A stretch of DNA of 27,374 nt from positions 1 through 27,374 of the IMG/VR virus record IMGVR_UViG_3300002484_001904; one strand, written 5' to 3'. A program made the position numbers and the translations under genes. Shown in pieces: positions 10,083 to 19,550 of the stretch. Below the pieces are notes generated by a model. The model worked only from the letters and a program-made list of their open reading frames with translations. It was not told the DNA's origin and did not search any database. The DNA comes from a virus. Its lineage: Duplodnaviria; Caudoviricetes. The stretch's first letter is position 1; each line of letters begins with the position of its first letter.

Positions 10083-10307
10083 TTAGAACCAAGGACTGTT
10101 ATCTTTAGAAGTTGCTTTACTATAACCCCAAGGTGGGTCTTTAAGTTTAAGTTCTAAATCTTGAATCTTAGCAGTAGCATACCCATCTAGGTACCCAGCT
10201 TTAAATGCAGCTTTCATATCAATGTGGCCTACGTCTTCCTTCAGGTAGGACATACCTGTGTACTGCCACAACCAGTTCTTAAACTTCTTAATGTAAACCT
10301 TTTTCAT
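10083..10307 (-). CDS. Hypothetical protein
   Basis: 74-aa ORF packed in the operon; 'AFKAGY' motif common in small phage proteins. Confidence 0.55.
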   Translation of the reverse strand: MKKVYIKKFKNWLWQYTGMSYLKEDVGHIDMKAAFKAGYLDGYATAKIQDLELKLKDPPWGYSKATSKDNSPWF

Positions 10308-10331
10308 CGATGTTACCAGTATTTAGCCATA

Positions 10332-10517
10332 TTAATCTACCTCCTCTATCTGTAGAGGTCTGTGGTGGTACAGAGGACAACTATCATCTGTACACATCTC
10401 TGTTTGATATCTCCACGTACCATTACCATGTAATGAGTCGTGTATGCACTGCCTACACATTTTAGTAATAGCTTCTAGTAGAGCTGCTTTAACACTCCTA
10501 CGAGTACGCTTAGCCAC
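10332..10517 (-). CDS. Small Cys-rich (zinc-binding) protein
   Basis: Probable GTG start at 10517 with an AGGAG RBS; 'AITKMCRQC...C....CPLY..RP' pattern. The longer ORF call from 10643 overlaps the next gene. Confidence 0.6.
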   Translation of the reverse strand: MAKRTRRSVKAALLEAITKMCRQCIHDSLHGNGTWRYQTEMCTDDSCPLYHHRPLQIEEVD

Positions 10518-10890
10518 CTGTATTCTCCTCATCTGTTCCCCGGCGTAAACTATAGTAACATGGTCTACATAAATTAGTCTCAAACTCTTGATAACATTTA
10601 TCTGTCCACCACTCAGGTCTATACATACTTTCGCATTTCTCACATTTCTTTCTAGGTAACGGAGGACCTTTTACTAGGTTTTTATCCTTAAGAAACTTCA
10701 CAGGAGATAGGCAACCATCCCAACTCCTACTGGGAGTACCCTTACGTTTATACCGACCTGTTCTAGGAATATACCACCACTCCTCGTTAATTAGTACTTG
10801 GTGGTTTCCCCAATTTATTCTATAAGGAACTCCGTACCTATAACAAGTGTTAGTTATGTTAGCTAGACTAGTGTAGTAACTCACCCGCAT
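10510..10890 (-). CDS. Hypothetical protein with C-terminal CxxC...CxxC
   Basis: CEKC and CRPC motifs; overlaps the RNR stop, and the start may be the GTG at 10884. Confidence 0.55.
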   Translation of the reverse strand: MRVSYYTSLANITNTCYRYGVPYRINWGNHQVLINEEWWYIPRTGRYKRKGTPSRSWDGCLSPVKFLKDKNLVKGPPLPRKKCEKCESMYRPEWWTDKCYQEFETNLCRPCYYSLRRGTDEENTGG

Positions 10891-12545
10891 GAACCTCCTT
10901 TCCCAGTTAAGTCACACACATCAACCTCCTCATACACTACTCCTTTGTGTTTGATTGCATCTTCGTAAGGGATTTCGGTGAGGGGCTGACCTCCTCTAGA
11001 GCCATCTGGGTACACTGTGAGTCCTCTAAGCCTAGGAGCGTACTTGCTAAGTGTTTCTGCAAATCCTTGAATTTTTCCCTCGCTAATTTGCTTGGGGTTT
11101 TTAATGTTAATAGTGGACGAAATTCCCATATCAACGTAATCCTGTATGTCGGCCTGGAACTTAATTCTTTTTTCGTAGTTTTCAGCCAAGGAATATGAGG
11201 TTTCAATGTCATCTTCTTTTACTCCAAGTTCATTAATCATAAGTTCAGCTCTAGGGTCTATTACGTATTCGTAGTGCCACTTAGAGCCTTTAACTAAGTA
11301 CCTACGTTTAAACGCTACAGAAAATAGTGGTTCAATGCCACTGCTAGTGCTAGCGATAGTACTAATAGTGCCGGTAGGAGCAATAGCTCTATAAGCACAT
11401 GGTTTCGATAGGTACAACCTCTCACAGTGCTCATCAGCCGCTTTAACACTCTCATCTCTGTACACCTCCAACCACTTATGTAGCTCTTTAGTTACTTCAT
11501 ACCCAGAACCTCTTTTGAGTAACCACTCGTGGATACCCATAAGTCCAAGTCCGAGCCTACGGTTACTCTCCCTAACTTCTCGTACCTTATCGTATGGGAG
11601 GTCGGCGCGTACAGTTCCACATACGAGGAACTTGCTTCCCAACCTAACAATGTCAGTGAATTCCTCCAGAGTTTCAATAGCTCCCATGTTAACACTGCCC
11701 AAGTTACAAACATCACTATCGTCAGCTGAAGTAACCTCAGTGCAAGCGTTCCTAAGTGTTTCATTACTCTTATCTCCGAAGTTAAAGCTAAACCCAGGTT
11801 CCCCGGTATGTAGCGCTTGCCGGCAGTTATCTAAGAACAGAGGGTTTAAGTGTCTATCTTTATCATTTAGCCAGTCGTCGTCATAATTGACTGATATGTT
11901 TGACGTGTCCATTGGGGCGGGGAAGTCTGGATTACTATTACGCACGTCTGATAGAGATACACCAGTAGCTACCGGGATATCATGCCAGTTCTTCAACGTT
12001 AGAAAATCTTCTATGTCTTCATGCTGCCAATTCAAGGATGCGTATATAGCACTACGTCTAGACCCCCCTTGCATGACGTTACGGCCTATCTCATTTATCA
12101 TTTGCATGAGGGGAATAGGGCCACTTGAGAGGCCACCTGTACGCTTAAGTGTACGACCTCTAGGGCGAACCACGCTGTAATCGACACCAATACCACCGCC
12201 AAGCATGAGACAACTATTCGCTCTCCATATAAGATTCGACCATTCTTCACGAGTATCCTCCTCTGCTTTTAGTAAGAAGCAGTTGTTAAAAGCATGCAAA
12301 TCTCTTCCAGCGTAATATAAGTAGCGACCACCAGGAATGAAACGCATAGTAGATATGTAGTTGTAAAGCTCATCCTGCTCAGAGGTTGAGAGCAGGGGCT
12401 GTAGAGTTCCCGCACTTCCTCTACCACATACGTCAGCGACCACCCGGCGGCTAAGATTATCCCAAGTATCACTATGCCCAAAGGCAAATTTAAGGTAAAA
12501 CACATTGTTGGCTATCTCCGTTTTAAATACGTTAATACTACTCAT
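10881..12545 (-). CDS. nrdJ: Class II (adenosylcobalamin-dependent) ribonucleotide reductase
   Basis: Motifs FIPGGR, NCF, GGGIG, QGGSRRSA, GEPG, NACTE (N-x-C-x-E), CNLGS, RRLGLG, IAPTGTIS and TVYPDGSR, plus C-terminal cysteines. No small-subunit gene nearby. Confidence 0.88.
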   Translation of the reverse strand: MSSINVFKTEIANNVFYLKFAFGHSDTWDNLSRRVVADVCGRGSAGTLQPLLSTSEQDELYNYISTMRFIPGGRYLYYAGRDLHAFNNCFLLKAEEDTREEWSNLIWRANSCLMLGGGIGVDYSVVRPRGRTLKRTGGLSSGPIPLMQMINEIGRNVMQGGSRRSAIYASLNWQHEDIEDFLTLKNWHDIPVATGVSLSDVRNSNPDFPAPMDTSNISVNYDDDWLNDKDRHLNPLFLDNCRQALHTGEPGFSFNFGDKSNETLRNACTEVTSADDSDVCNLGSVNMGAIETLEEFTDIVRLGSKFLVCGTVRADLPYDKVREVRESNRRLGLGLMGIHEWLLKRGSGYEVTKELHKWLEVYRDESVKAADEHCERLYLSKPCAYRAIAPTGTISTIASTSSGIEPLFSVAFKRRYLVKGSKWHYEYVIDPRAELMINELGVKEDDIETSYSLAENYEKRIKFQADIQDYVDMGISSTINIKNPKQISEGKIQGFAETLSKYAPRLRGLTVYPDGSRGGQPLTEIPYEDAIKHKGVVYEEVDVCDLTGKGGSCG

Positions 12546-12705
12546 AAAAATGTTCCTTAGGAATATTATTGTGTTTTCTTTGGTACTTAGTTCTGTCTCT
12601 CTGTACTATAGACCTAAACTCTGAAGAACGCAACCTACGTTCCTGTACTCTCTGTTCAGCACCCTTGCGGTGCATTCTTTTACTTCTATCATTTGGGCTA
12701 CTCAC
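12538..12705 (-). CDS. Small basic protein (55 aa; not in ORF track)
   Basis: GTG start with a GGAG RBS; MSSPNDRSKRMHRKGAEQRVQERRLRSSEFRSIVQRDRTKYQRKHNNIPKEHFYE; overlaps both neighbours and fills the gap exactly. Confidence 0.6.
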   Translation of the reverse strand: MSSPNDRSKRMHRKGAEQRVQERRLRSSEFRSIVQRDRTKYQRKHNNIPKEHFYE

Positions 12706-13027
12706 CACTACTCTCCTTCTTTTTAAGTAATTCTATGTATTCTATTAAATAACCTATAGCTTCATACGCTGCTCCAGATACCTGGTACCCTCCTCTCTTA
12801 TGATGTTTAATTATCTCATTTACGAATGCTTCGAAGTCCTCCATGTTGTTCATGTTTCGGTTTGCTCCTTCTTCCGCTTCGCACACCGCACTGTTCAACA
12901 AATTTTCAAACTCTTTGTCGGCCAGCCAATCTACGAAGTGGTCGTTGTAGATACCCATCTCTTCTGCTTTCTCAACAGCAATATCGATAGCTTGGTCTAC
13001 GGCCCACTCTCTAAATAAGTTACTCAT
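12698..13027 (-). CDS. Hypothetical acidic protein
   Basis: 109-aa ORF with GAGG upstream. Confidence 0.6.
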   Translation of the reverse strand: MSNLFREWAVDQAIDIAVEKAEEMGIYNDHFVDWLADKEFENLLNSAVCEAEEGANRNMNNMEDFEAFVNEIIKHHKRGGYQVSGAAYEAIGYLIEYIELLKKKESSGE

Positions 13028-13040
13028 TCATTGTATTACC

Positions 13041-13205
13041 TCAGTAGTTAGGTACATCAAATCTATCCAAGTTATCTAGTATTTGGTCATTGAGTAGTTT
13101 AACTAACGACTCAGCATCTATGTTTAATATGTCTAATATTTCTTCCATTTCGTATCTATCTACTATAGCACCTATTACCGCTTGAGTCAAGTAATCATCT
13201 TCCAT
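13041..13205 (-). CDS. Small acidic protein (54 aa; not in ORF track)
   Basis: MEDDYLTQAVIGAIVDRYEMEEILDILNIDAESLVKLLNDQILDNLDRFDVPNY; fills the gap and overlaps the stop of the upstream ORF. Confidence 0.6.
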   Translation of the reverse strand: MEDDYLTQAVIGAIVDRYEMEEILDILNIDAESLVKLLNDQILDNLDRFDVPNY

Positions 13206-13383
13206 CGTCTTCATAAATACTTAAGTGGTGTTCTAACTTAAGTATTCTAGCCTCCGCTTTTTTAAGTTTACGTTTTAGTTCATCTACACAAGAGAGAGGG
13301 TCTTCACCTTCTTCTCTCTCCTCTAGAAACTTCTTTAAAGAACGCTCCAAGGAGCTTAGGTAAGTAGTCATTAGATTCTGCAT
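13195..13383 (-). CDS. Hypothetical coiled-coil protein
   Basis: 62-aa ORF in the operon. Confidence 0.5.
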   Translation of the reverse strand: MQNLMTTYLSSLERSLKKFLEEREEGEDPLSCVDELKRKLKKAEARILKLEHHLSIYEDDGR

Positions 13384-13450
13384 GAGCAGCAGAGAGGTCT
13401 ACTGACCCTATAATGTGAATTCCAAAACATTTTAATGCACCTTAGTACTA

Positions 13451-13939
13451 CTATTTAATCCAAGCTTCTGGAATATTTCTGCCATCTCTTCCGCAGATTG
13501 CATGGGGTATCCCAACTCCTTCAGCCCATTCACTATTTCTGACCCTTGACTTAGCCACTCTATTAGCTGCGGTTGTAAGGAAGCCATCGTCTTGAAATAG
13601 TAGTCTGAGGTCAAGGTCTGGATATCTATCCCTAACTGCCACAAGCTTTTTTCTATCTGCTGCAGTGAGTCTGCCTTTTGCTTCAATGACAACTCCTGTC
13701 CCTCTAATGAAGAAGTCAGGTGTATAATGTCTTTTGACCATTCCTGATATTTCTCCGCAACTTGGGCAGAGTAGTGTGAGGTTGCTTGGGCTAAACCAAG
13801 CAAATCTTTCTCTTTCGTAGTCATATGCAACTCCTTTATTTCTTAAAGTATCTGCTATTTTACGTTCAAAGATAGACCTAAATCTACCCTTACCACTTCT
13901 TTTCTTTCTGCCCTTACCTCTACGTTTTTTAGTAGTCAT
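13451..13939 (-). CDS. T7 endonuclease I-like Holliday junction resolvase
   Basis: Motifs FRSIFE, YTPDF, IEAKGR, DRKK, LRLLF and WAE; basic N-terminus. Confidence 0.88.
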   Translation of the reverse strand: MTTKKRRGKGRKKRSGKGRFRSIFERKIADTLRNKGVAYDYERERFAWFSPSNLTLLCPSCGEISGMVKRHYTPDFFIRGTGVVIEAKGRLTAADRKKLVAVRDRYPDLDLRLLFQDDGFLTTAANRVAKSRVRNSEWAEGVGIPHAICGRDGRNIPEAWIK

Positions 13940-14694
13940 CTTGCTAAATCACTTAGTAAAGTAAGTTTAGCAAGTCTCTCAGAATATATAGCCTCCCAGC
14001 TGGGGTAGGTATATGTAGCCTCATACATTTGCTGTACTACCCTCGTAGTCTCTACTACTGTTAAATTATTAAGTAACTTATCTGCTTTTACCTTACCTAT
14101 TCCCTTTATACCTCCTATAGAATCAGTTTGGTCTCCCACTAGCATCTGCCAATATACAAACTTAGCTGCTTCTACCTCATCTACATACTCAAACGTATTA
14201 TTCAGGAAATTGAAGTGCCACCCCTCTATCTGTAAGAGGTCCTTATCTACTCCTATTATGCAGTATTCCTCTACCCCATCATGTAGTAAAGAAGTAGCTA
14301 AGGAGCACACAGTGTCATCTGCTTCTGCGTTTCTAGCATCTTCCATACACCAAAACCACCTCTTAGAGCGGGCGGCACACTCCTCTTTCAAAGCTTGTAG
14401 CATTTCACCTACAAACATAGGACCCTTTTTTACAGCCCCTCTAACCTCCTTATATACTTCATGGGTGTCAAACGCACTTCTAAACCTAGGTCTTTCATCT
14501 CCAGTGAAGCATAAGGTAACACAGTAGTTGTTACCTACACCTAAACCCTCTAAGCAGGTATCAATAATGTGGTTAAAGTTCTCTACCACAGCACGCTCGT
14601 AGTGCTCAGCTGTAGGCAGAGATAAATAACCTATTCTTTGCAGAGCAGTATCAGCGTCAAAGATTAGGTGAGTACTTGGTGTTGTATCATCCAT
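13936..14694 (-). CDS. 5'-3' exonuclease (T7 gp6/flap endonuclease family)
   Basis: Motifs IFDAD, EADD, DKDLLQI and GDQTDSIGGIKGIG. Likely start is the ATG at 14694 (ORF track gives 14745). Confidence 0.88.
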   Translation of the reverse strand: MDDTTPSTHLIFDADTALQRIGYLSLPTAEHYERAVVENFNHIIDTCLEGLGVGNNYCVTLCFTGDERPRFRSAFDTHEVYKEVRGAVKKGPMFVGEMLQALKEECAARSKRWFWCMEDARNAEADDTVCSLATSLLHDGVEEYCIIGVDKDLLQIEGWHFNFLNNTFEYVDEVEAAKFVYWQMLVGDQTDSIGGIKGIGKVKADKLLNNLTVVETTRVVQQMYEATYTYPSWEAIYSERLAKLTLLSDLAR

Positions 14695-14782
14695 TATATT
14701 ATAAATGTTCCTAGTAGGAACTTTTTCAAAGTTCCGTCGGCACATAGTGCCTCTTATGAATATTTTATTACGCGGCTTCCTC

Positions 14783-15394
14783 TCAGGCAGCCTGTTCCTC
14801 TTTCGCTGCCGCCATCTGTGCCTCTATATATGCTGCTATGTCAGCAGGACTCACAGCAGAATCCTCTTTAAGAGGATGGGTATGCACTACACCGTCTAAC
14901 AAAGCCTCTGCTTCTACTACATCTGAGTCACCAGTGAGATATGCTTCAAAAACTTTAGCTACGTCTATAACGTCGCTGGGTTCAACGGCGGGGGATGCAG
15001 CTACTTTGACTTCATGCTCTACAGCCGGTGTTAAGTAATCTACAGCTGCCTTCAAAGCTACTGCTCTACAGATAGACCTCTGAGTGTGTATAGGAGGGTT
15101 CCCTGGTTTATCGTGCGCTGCACGGGCCGCTCCTTGGGCACCTCCACCAGTAGATGCATCGGCGGGAGGTACCCTAGGTCCAGCACCTGCCTCAAGAAGC
15201 TCTACCTTCCCTTTAATATTGTGGTATGTCTTACCCCCAGACTCTTTGTCTACGTAGGCAAACTTAACCACATCACCCTCGGATACATCTGAGTAGGCGA
15301 CAGATGGTGTCCAAGCTGAGAAAAACCTCTCATCGTCTAGGGTGATAAACTTATCACGTTTACTTACTATAATTCCTGTAGCAGTCATAGTCAT
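14783..15394 (-). CDS. Putative single-stranded DNA-binding (OB-fold) protein
   Basis: N-terminal beta-rich 'EGDVVKFAY...YHNI', a flexible linker, a helical 'QRSI.R..AL..AV' domain and an acidic tail; lies between polymerase and exonuclease. Confidence 0.5.
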   Translation of the reverse strand: MTMTATGIIVSKRDKFITLDDERFFSAWTPSVAYSDVSEGDVVKFAYVDKESGGKTYHNIKGKVELLEAGAGPRVPPADASTGGGAQGAARAAHDKPGNPPIHTQRSICRAVALKAAVDYLTPAVEHEVKVAASPAVEPSDVIDVAKVFEAYLTGDSDVVEAEALLDGVVHTHPLKEDSAVSPADIAAYIEAQMAAAKEEQAA

Positions 15395-16238
15395 CTTGCA
15401 GTACTCCTTTCTTATGAAGAATAGATATAGTATCTTCTCTGGTTAACTGAGACATCTCTTGCCAGTTAGACCCATATGTAATATCGTAGTTTATATGAGT
15501 AGTTAGCTGGTAGTTAAACAACTCTAACACTGTCAGAGGTAATCTAGCCACCGCCAGCTCTATGGCCATAAGAGAAGTATAGAACATCTGTGCCCTAATG
15601 TCAAGTAAAACAGAATCATGTACTGTAGTTACTAGGTGGTCAATAATTGGAAATCCTTTTACGTTTACTAAGTTGTTTACTACCAGAGGAACGAGGTCCC
15701 CAGTAGCAAACCCTTGTATTGGATAGTTTTTAGCCTCAGTAGCTGAGAAGTATTTACCACCAGTGTACCCACCTTCCTTAGCTATTAATTTATACTCTCT
15801 TTTGGTAGGTGTGATATCCCTAAAAGTAATAGGTTCTCCTGCTGTGTCAGCTGCTTTACACACAACTTGCAAACCTAAGTGAAATGAGTTAACGAGTGGA
15901 TATCTTTCGTAAAATGCTTTCATAAAAGCTACACATCTCTCTTTAGATATCTTAAGTTGTTTAGCCATAGTAGTTGGTGCAGCACCATACTGCGCCATGA
16001 AGGTCATGCGCTTAGCCTGAAACCTCTCTTCATCTGTTATTTTATCTTCATCCTTAGACAACCACTCTGCTGCATTGCGTCTATGTATATCAACACCTGC
16101 GTTTAGTTCATCTCGTAAAGTTATATCACCAGATATCTCAGCTAACGCACAAATCTCTAGCTGTGAGAGGTCAAACTCCACTAGCATACCTTCGTTTAAT
16201 CCATACCTACTTACTATGTACTTCCTGAAGTCACTCAT
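15360..16238 (-). CDS. polA: Family A DNA polymerase, C-terminal (palm/fingers) part
   Basis: Motif A FDLSQLE, motif B RFQAKRMTFMAQYG, NYPIQGFATGD, motif C TVHDSV. Confidence 0.92.
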   Translation of the reverse strand: MSDFRKYIVSRYGLNEGMLVEFDLSQLEICALAEISGDITLRDELNAGVDIHRRNAAEWLSKDEDKITDEERFQAKRMTFMAQYGAAPTTMAKQLKISKERCVAFMKAFYERYPLVNSFHLGLQVVCKAADTAGEPITFRDITPTKREYKLIAKEGGYTGGKYFSATEAKNYPIQGFATGDLVPLVVNNLVNVKGFPIIDHLVTTVHDSVLLDIRAQMFYTSLMAIELAVARLPLTVLELFNYQLTTHINYDITYGSNWQEMSQLTREDTISILHKKGVLQDDYDCYRNYSK

Positions 16239-16250
16239 CTTCCAATTCCT

Positions 16251-17471
16251 CTAGTGTTTAGGTAAATTCATTAGGTTAGGATACGCACATGATATCCTAC
16301 CAGTTGGTGTAACAGTGTGGCGATACTCTGGATGAAACAAATCATCTGAAGATGCCTTATCTACATACCCAGTATAATATGTCTTTAAGTCCTTGTTTAT
16401 CTTACGATATTCTAGTAGGTCAGATATAAACTGTATGTCATGAGCTTCCACTAACATAGTAGATATCTCTTCTAACGCCTCTTCATCTACCTTGGTGATG
16501 CGCTCTAAAGTACACCCCATTTTAGTTGGCATACAATGTATGTCAACTTCAGATACTTCTTTCTTTAATCTTTCCTTTCCTTCTCTACTACCAGACTTAT
16601 AAAATGTTCCTGTGGGAACATAACGAGTTTGTTCCGCCTTCCCGCCTAATATACAGAGCTTAACCTGTTGATTAGAATTTGGAGTTATCCTTTTATCATA
16701 CTTTTCTGGAAGTGTTAGACACATGAAGTCACATAAGTCACCCGCCAATTCATTTGACTTTTTTTCAAGACTAGCTTTCTTAGTAACTGCTCCCGCTCTA
16801 TCTAAATTAAGTCCGTTCATACTCATACGGAAAGTTATGTATCTCCACTGCATATGCTGTAACACTAGATTAAAAAAAGACTTATCACGTCTATCATTAA
16901 GTATCTCTACCTGCTTATTAAACAACTCTTTAGTTATTAAAACGTCCTGGTGTAGATATCTTTCAAGTATGTTGGAGTGTAAAGTAGACGGACATGTACC
17001 AGCTTTAATAGCTTCAGATACTTCACTATCCTTAGAGAGGTGTCCTAAACCTACGTCAACTAAAGACTTCTCTAGCGAAGGGAACTTATGGGTCTGTCCA
17101 GACATCATGTAAGCTGCTACAGATGTATCCCAGTATATACAGTTAGTATTAAATATAGTAGGTCTGCTCGCTCTCGCGAGGCCAAGAGGGTCGTTAAGTA
17201 ATTTTAAGTCAAAGGGTAGGTTATGTCCTACTACTATATCCGGGTTAGTAGATGCTAGCGTATCACGTAACTTATATACATCAGTACTGCAAAAGCACTT
17301 TGTTTTTCTTCCCGGAAATAATGTATACATGAGTGTTTCTCCTACTAAATATCTAGGTGGTTCACAGAATACACTCTTACCTCTCTCAATTAAAGTAGTC
17401 TCTACATCTAGTACACATATCGTACCTCCATCCAAAGCTTTGTGAAAATCATCTAGGTTATACTTAGACAT
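16251..17471 (-). CDS. polA: Family A DNA polymerase, N-terminal part (3'-5' exonuclease plus thumb)
   Basis: ExoI LDVET, ExoII GHNLPFD, WDT, ExoIII YLHQDV; ends TPTGRISCAYPNLMNLP. Confidence 0.9.
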   Translation of the reverse strand: MSKYNLDDFHKALDGGTICVLDVETTLIERGKSVFCEPPRYLVGETLMYTLFPGRKTKCFCSTDVYKLRDTLASTNPDIVVGHNLPFDLKLLNDPLGLARASRPTIFNTNCIYWDTSVAAYMMSGQTHKFPSLEKSLVDVGLGHLSKDSEVSEAIKAGTCPSTLHSNILERYLHQDVLITKELFNKQVEILNDRRDKSFFNLVLQHMQWRYITFRMSMNGLNLDRAGAVTKKASLEKKSNELAGDLCDFMCLTLPEKYDKRITPNSNQQVKLCILGGKAEQTRYVPTGTFYKSGSREGKERLKKEVSEVDIHCMPTKMGCTLERITKVDEEALEEISTMLVEAHDIQFISDLLEYRKINKDLKTYYTGYVDKASSDDLFHPEYRHTVTPTGRISCAYPNLMNLPKH

Positions 17472-18663
17472 CTCTAAACCTCGCTATATCTTTTAGTATA
17501 AACACTTCGTGTTTAGTTGTTTTACCAGTTAACTTATTCTTAGGTGTGTGTATGTACCTCATGTTAGGCTCCGATGGTATGCTGCCTATCATTATGATAG
17601 CGTCAGCTTCACCTTGAGCACCAGTCTTACTCATGTATAAGTGCTCCATTCCAGGGTACTTCATACCTACAGAGAGATAGTCAAGTTGACTAGATACAAG
17701 CACTGGGCAAGTATGCTTAGCTATGTTCCTCGCCCACTCACATAGTCCTCTGTATCTCTCAGCTTCATTTCCCTCCTTACTGCGCATACTACCAGATACC
17801 TTATAGAGTTGGTCAACAATAATAAGCTTAGGCTTGTGCCTAGTAATTTCTCTCTGTATTTTGTGTATGTTATTAGCGTCGTCAATAAATACTACGCGGT
17901 TCTCTAAGTCTACTACTTTCTTGAGGTCTATGATTGCTTGTACTGGGTTATCTAGTAAATCATCTTTCTTCCTCCCTAAGGCGGACTGTACAAACCTCTG
18001 CTTAACCTTATCAATACTTTCCTCGTTGTTAAACCAAAGCACCTTATCGTCACCAGACATTTGCTTAGCAATATACCAAGCACACTGCACCATAAAAGTA
18101 GTCTTACCCCCCTCTACATATGCTCCTACAATGATTAACTCTTTATTTAAAGGGCCTAAAATGTTCCCTAGGAACTTTAATGGCCACGTATACCCAGTTC
18201 TCTCTATAGACTTCAAGGAGTCTAGTAAACTTTTAGATTCCTCCGCTTGTAACTCTCTATCTAGCTTAACTGATTCGTATGTATACTCTTGAATACGCTT
18301 ATCGACACTAGCTACAGTAGCCTTACCTACGCTGTTAATAATGTCATCACATATTAAAGCAATGTCTGCTGCAGCTACCTTATCAATAAGTTTCTGCACT
18401 ATTGACGAGTCTTCTGTGTGGGCTTCATCTACCGTGTCAACGAACATATCAAATAGTTCATCGTGGGGGTGGTCGAGGTAATACGACAGAAGGAATGCAG
18501 ATTTATCTACCTCAGCTACCGTAATGTCTACAGTATCGAAGTACACTTTTAGGTGGTCGAAGTACTCAGCTGCCTCCTTAGGTAGCGACTCCCTAGGAAT
18601 ATATTTACTAGCTACCGAGTAGTTATGTCGAGTGCTTAAATACTTCATTAACTTAGGTAACAT
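17464..18663 (-). CDS. DnaB-family (SF4) replicative helicase
   Basis: Walker A GAYVEGGKTT, NEE, Walker B IIVDQL, SSQL, SKTG.QGEAD, and PKNK. Confidence 0.88.
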   Translation of the reverse strand: MLPKLMKYLSTRHNYSVASKYIPRESLPKEAAEYFDHLKVYFDTVDITVAEVDKSAFLLSYYLDHPHDELFDMFVDTVDEAHTEDSSIVQKLIDKVAAADIALICDDIINSVGKATVASVDKRIQEYTYESVKLDRELQAEESKSLLDSLKSIERTGYTWPLKFLGNILGPLNKELIIVGAYVEGGKTTFMVQCAWYIAKQMSGDDKVLWFNNEESIDKVKQRFVQSALGRKKDDLLDNPVQAIIDLKKVVDLENRVVFIDDANNIHKIQREITRHKPKLIIVDQLYKVSGSMRSKEGNEAERYRGLCEWARNIAKHTCPVLVSSQLDYLSVGMKYPGMEHLYMSKTGAQGEADAIIMIGSIPSEPNMRYIHTPKNKLTGKTTKHEVFILKDIARFRDV

Positions 18664-19550
18664 AATGCCTCCCCTACTTGAGCAGTTATGCCAGAAGTAG
18701 AATAGTCTTTCGGGTCCTTATCTACGTAGCTTATTACGGCTTCCTTACCAAAAGAACGAAACCTAGTTAGGAGGTTAGTCTGCGCTAGTCGAACTTGCTG
18801 GTTATCATTATCTAACATAATTATATACTTATCATATATATCTAGAATATGCTTAAGCTGCTTATTGTTTAGATTAATTCCCCGTAAAGCTAAAGAGTCA
18901 GTGAATGCACCTACTCTAACAGCTGATAGGTAATCCTCTACAATAGTCAAAGTTGAGTGTGCCGATGTTCTACCATATGTAAATGGGTCTACTACTACAT
19001 TCTTTGAATCGTAGTGTGAGCTTTTGTCTATCCAGGTACGTATCCACTTCTCTCCAGTACAGTGTCTAAGTTGATACATAACTAAACTACCGTTTAAGTA
19101 GTAAGGATATACCCAACATAAAATATCTTCACCAGGGGAGTAGGGGGAGTAGCATACCCCTATACCACTAGCCTCTACATCATTAACTGATAACTGAGGT
19201 ATTATACATTCTTTATCCCAGGTACTACAGTTAAAGTTGGTATCTTTTGGAACACAGAAGGGTGTTCTTCTATCAGAGCTTGGTGTAGAAGGTCCGTGTA
19301 GCACGCTACGTGCACTAAGGACTGCGCCAACGCCTGTTCCCGCATTGCCGCTCTCGTTGAAGATAGGTATAATTTCCCTAGTAAAACCGTGTTCGCCGCA
19401 GTGATGGCAATAAGCCAAGATAGTTCCATTCTCTGTTCTCCTAATATACATTCTATCGTTGTTGCGCCCCTGCTTGCAGTGGTGGACATTTACTTCCTCG
19501 CCCACTACGTCACTAGCATAAGGTACAAATTGGTCGTGAGGTATGCTCAT
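18648..19550 (-). CDS. DNA primase (Zn-binding plus TOPRIM)
   Basis: N-terminal HHC...YCHHC; TOPRIM motifs IVEDYLSA, MLDND and DPKD. Confidence 0.85.
   Translation of the reverse strand: MSIPHDQFVPYASDVVGEEVNVHHCKQGRNNDRMYIRRTENGTILAYCHHCGEHGFTREIIPIFNESGNAGTGVGAVLSARSVLHGPSTPSSDRRTPFCVPKDTNFNCSTWDKECIIPQLSVNDVEASGIGVCYSPYSPGEDILCWVYPYYLNGSLVMYQLRHCTGEKWIRTWIDKSSHYDSKNVVVDPFTYGRTSAHSTLTIVEDYLSAVRVGAFTDSLALRGINLNNKQLKHILDIYDKYIIMLDNDNQQVRLAQTNLLTRFRSFGKEAVISYVDKDPKDYSTSGITAQVGEALCYLS

Noticed and set aside
16251-16253. Genome-wide TAG recoding
   Set aside because: Long genes are intact under the standard code, and TAG ends other genes normally (for example at 12698 and 21162).
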